Assembly: GCA_965112735.1 (NCBI GenBank)
Contig: OZ218962.1
Location: 2,542,001-2,606,000 of the forward strand
Source: Phaeosaccion multiseriatum
Lineage: Eukaryota; Protista; Ochrophyta, other classes
Length of the DNA: 64,000 nucleotides
Direction of reading: 5' to 3'
Positions 62,497 through 64,000 of this stretch are shown here, one piece after another. The stretch's first letter is position 1. Every line of letters starts with the position of its first letter. The notes below the pieces were generated by a model that was not told the origin of the DNA, did not search any database, and worked only from the letters and a program-made list of their open reading frames with translations. Both the position numbers and the translations under genes were made by a program.

Positions 62497-62866
62497 TCAA
62501 GTACTTATCGTTCTCACCGGAGAAGAATTTAATAAACTGAACCGAAATTGAGTTACTAATGCGTGTATTGTTTCGTAGTCTTATAATACAACCGCAGACC
62601 CCGTTCGCCAATGGACGAGGGCCCACACCTACACCCGAAGTACATGCAAGAGGTACCATAGTCTTATCAAACACCTCAATTAACAATTGACACTTATAGC
62701 CCTCCCCCCGGCCCTTCAAGCGGCAACGACAAGGGGTACTCTGCTGCCCTCGGGAGTGGGGGATGTTGACCCCCTCAAACATACCGAGATGCATGTAAAT
62801 ATACGCCGCCGTAGGCCACCTTCCTTCTACCGCCTTCTACCTCCTCACCACGAGGTCGCAGAAGCC

Positions 62867-64000
62867 TCAGCAGATGGGTGCAAATGCCCGTTCGTCGGGC
62901 ATCGCTGCTGCGCCCACACCACTAGCAGTAGTGCTGTCGTCGTACTCCCGTATCACCAACTGCTGCTGCTCCACCCCCTCCTCCTCCATCTCCTGTAGGC
63001 AAAGGAGCACCTTGTCGTGCTGCCCTGTCTGCCCGTATGCCTCTAGCATGGCGCTGTAGCAGAAGGAATTGAGGCGTATACCCCTCTCTCGCATGTGCTC
63101 CCCAAGCTCTACCACCCGTCCGTGCTGACTCGCCCTGCTGCACGCCTTCATTGCTGCCGTATAGCACACAATGTTGGGCTTCTGTATCACCAATTGCTGC
63201 GGCTGCTGCTGCTGCTCCTGCTCAGCCGCCTCCATACTGTGCAAGATCTCCAATGCCCTTTTGCACTCGCCGGCCCGACCACAAGCATCGATGGCGATGC
63301 TAAAGCTGAACACATCTGGCTGTGCTCCCTTGTTCGCTGCCGCATCACCTCCCCCCCCTCCTGCCGCTGGAACTGATGCTGGTGCTGGTGCTGCTGGTGC
63401 TGGTGCTGGTGCTGGTGCTGATGCTGCTACTCCTGGTGGTGCTGCTACTTCACCGCCCATCTCCCCAAAGAGATCCAGCCCCTCTCCCATAAACCCCTCA
63501 AATAGCCCGAAAGCCCCTTGCTCCTGCCCCCCCTGCTGCTGCATCTCCGCAAGCAGGTCCAGCGTGACCTCCCATTGCCCTGCCTTACCAAAAGCATCCA
63601 TCACACAGTTGTACAGCAAGGTCGTGGGTTCGAAACCATATCTCTGCTGCATCTCCGTCAGGAGACGCAAGGCTCTTTGCGGCTGGCCGCTCTTGCTGCA
63701 CGCAGTGATGGCCTTTCTAAAACTGTGCATGTCCGGCCGTAGAGAACGCACAGCTCTCCCTCCTCCTCCTCCTCCTCCTCCTCCTCCTCCTCCTTCTCCT
63801 CCTCCTCCTCCTCCTCCTCCTCCTCCTCCTCCTCCTCCTCGTCGTCGTCGTCCTCCTCCTCCTTGTGCTGCTGGTACTCCTGCTGCTGCTTGGTCTTCTC
63901 CACCAGCAGCACAGCCTCGCTGCTCCTCCTCCTCTTCGTTCTCTTGCACGCGAAGTTCTCTCATCACCAGCAACACCTCATCATACCTCGCTGCCTTACT
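62867..64000 (-). CDS. Pentatricopeptide repeat (PPR) protein, 5' end outside the window
   Basis: PDMHSFRKAITACSKSGQ, PTTLLYNCVMDAFGKAGQWE, PDVFSFSIAIDACGRAGE, PNIVCYTAAMKACSRASQ, NSFCYSAMLEAYGQTGQ. Confidence 0.93.
   Translation of the reverse strand, partial: SKAARYDEVLLVMRELRVQENEEEEEQRGCAAGGEDQAAAGVPAAQGGGGRRRRGGGGGGGGGGGGGGEGGGGGGGGGGGGRAVRSLRPDMHSFRKAITACSKSGQPQRALRLLTEMQQRYGFEPTTLLYNCVMDAFGKAGQWEVTLDLLAEMQQQGGQEQGAFGLFEGFMGEGLDLFGEMGGEVAAPPGVAASAPAPAPAPAAPAPASVPAAGGGGGDAAANKGAQPDVFSFSIAIDACGRAGECKRALEILHSMEAAEQEQQQQPQQLVIQKPNIVCYTAAMKACSRASQHGRVVELGEHMRERGIRLNSFCYSAMLEAYGQTGQHDKVLLCLQEMEEEGVEQQQLVIREYDDSTTASGVGAAAMPDERAFAPIC

Larger units (their letters stand above)
2826..63196. repeat. 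Dispersed 13 bp motif CAGTTGGTGATAC / GTATCACCAACTG
   Basis: Exact copies start at 6711, 7170, 17554, 17578, 51742, 53728, 58411, 60334, 60995, 61769 and 62950. One-mismatch copies start at 2826, 5646, 9765, 50338, 50906, 50942, 51046, 58323, 58587, 60169, 61319 and 63184. Confidence 0.92.

Noticed and set aside
2826-63196. The 13-mer as a recurrent peptide motif (QQLVIQQ) or simple CAG decay
   Set aside because: It occurs in four frames, on both strands and in introns. Its TTGGTGATA core is not derivable from (CAG)n by a few mutations.
331-63912. Hundreds of short six-frame ORFs (poly-C, poly-L, poly-V, SLSLSL, HTHTHT)
   Set aside because: They are stop-free microsatellite frames or antisense shadows of real exons.
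1-64000. tRNA, rRNA or autonomous transposon/retroelement genes
   Set aside because: None recognised by eye. tRNAscan-SE, Infernal and a TE protein search would be needed to exclude them.

Overview
Intron-rich, microsatellite-laden eukaryotic nuclear DNA. It is most likely from a photosynthetic stramenopile (inferred from a signal peptide plus ASAFAP-like plastid presequence, and from gene content). Most six-frame ORFs are microsatellite artefacts. Joining exons by hand at GT-AG sites gives about 16 genes: the 3' end of a P1B ATPase, an F-box/CDK-like/cyclin triple fusion, ethanolamine-phosphate cytidylyltransferase, PRMT3, a poly-N/poly-Q ORF, a Tudor-like protein, a ChaN/DUF399-like lumen protein, holocytochrome c synthase, an unknown protein, an intronless ankyrin-BTB gene, PRPF3, a bacterial-type PARG, an atypical Rab-like GTPase, a GAF hybrid histidine kinase, a PriCT-2-like + FN3 protein and a partial PPR gene. 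There is also a ~870 bp foldback element. The most striking unexplained signal is a dispersed non-palindromic 13-mer, CAGTTGGTGATAC. I count 11 exact and about 12 single-mismatch copies by eye, on both strands, in exons (four reading frames) and in introns of unrelated genes. All family assignments are by motif recognition, not database search.
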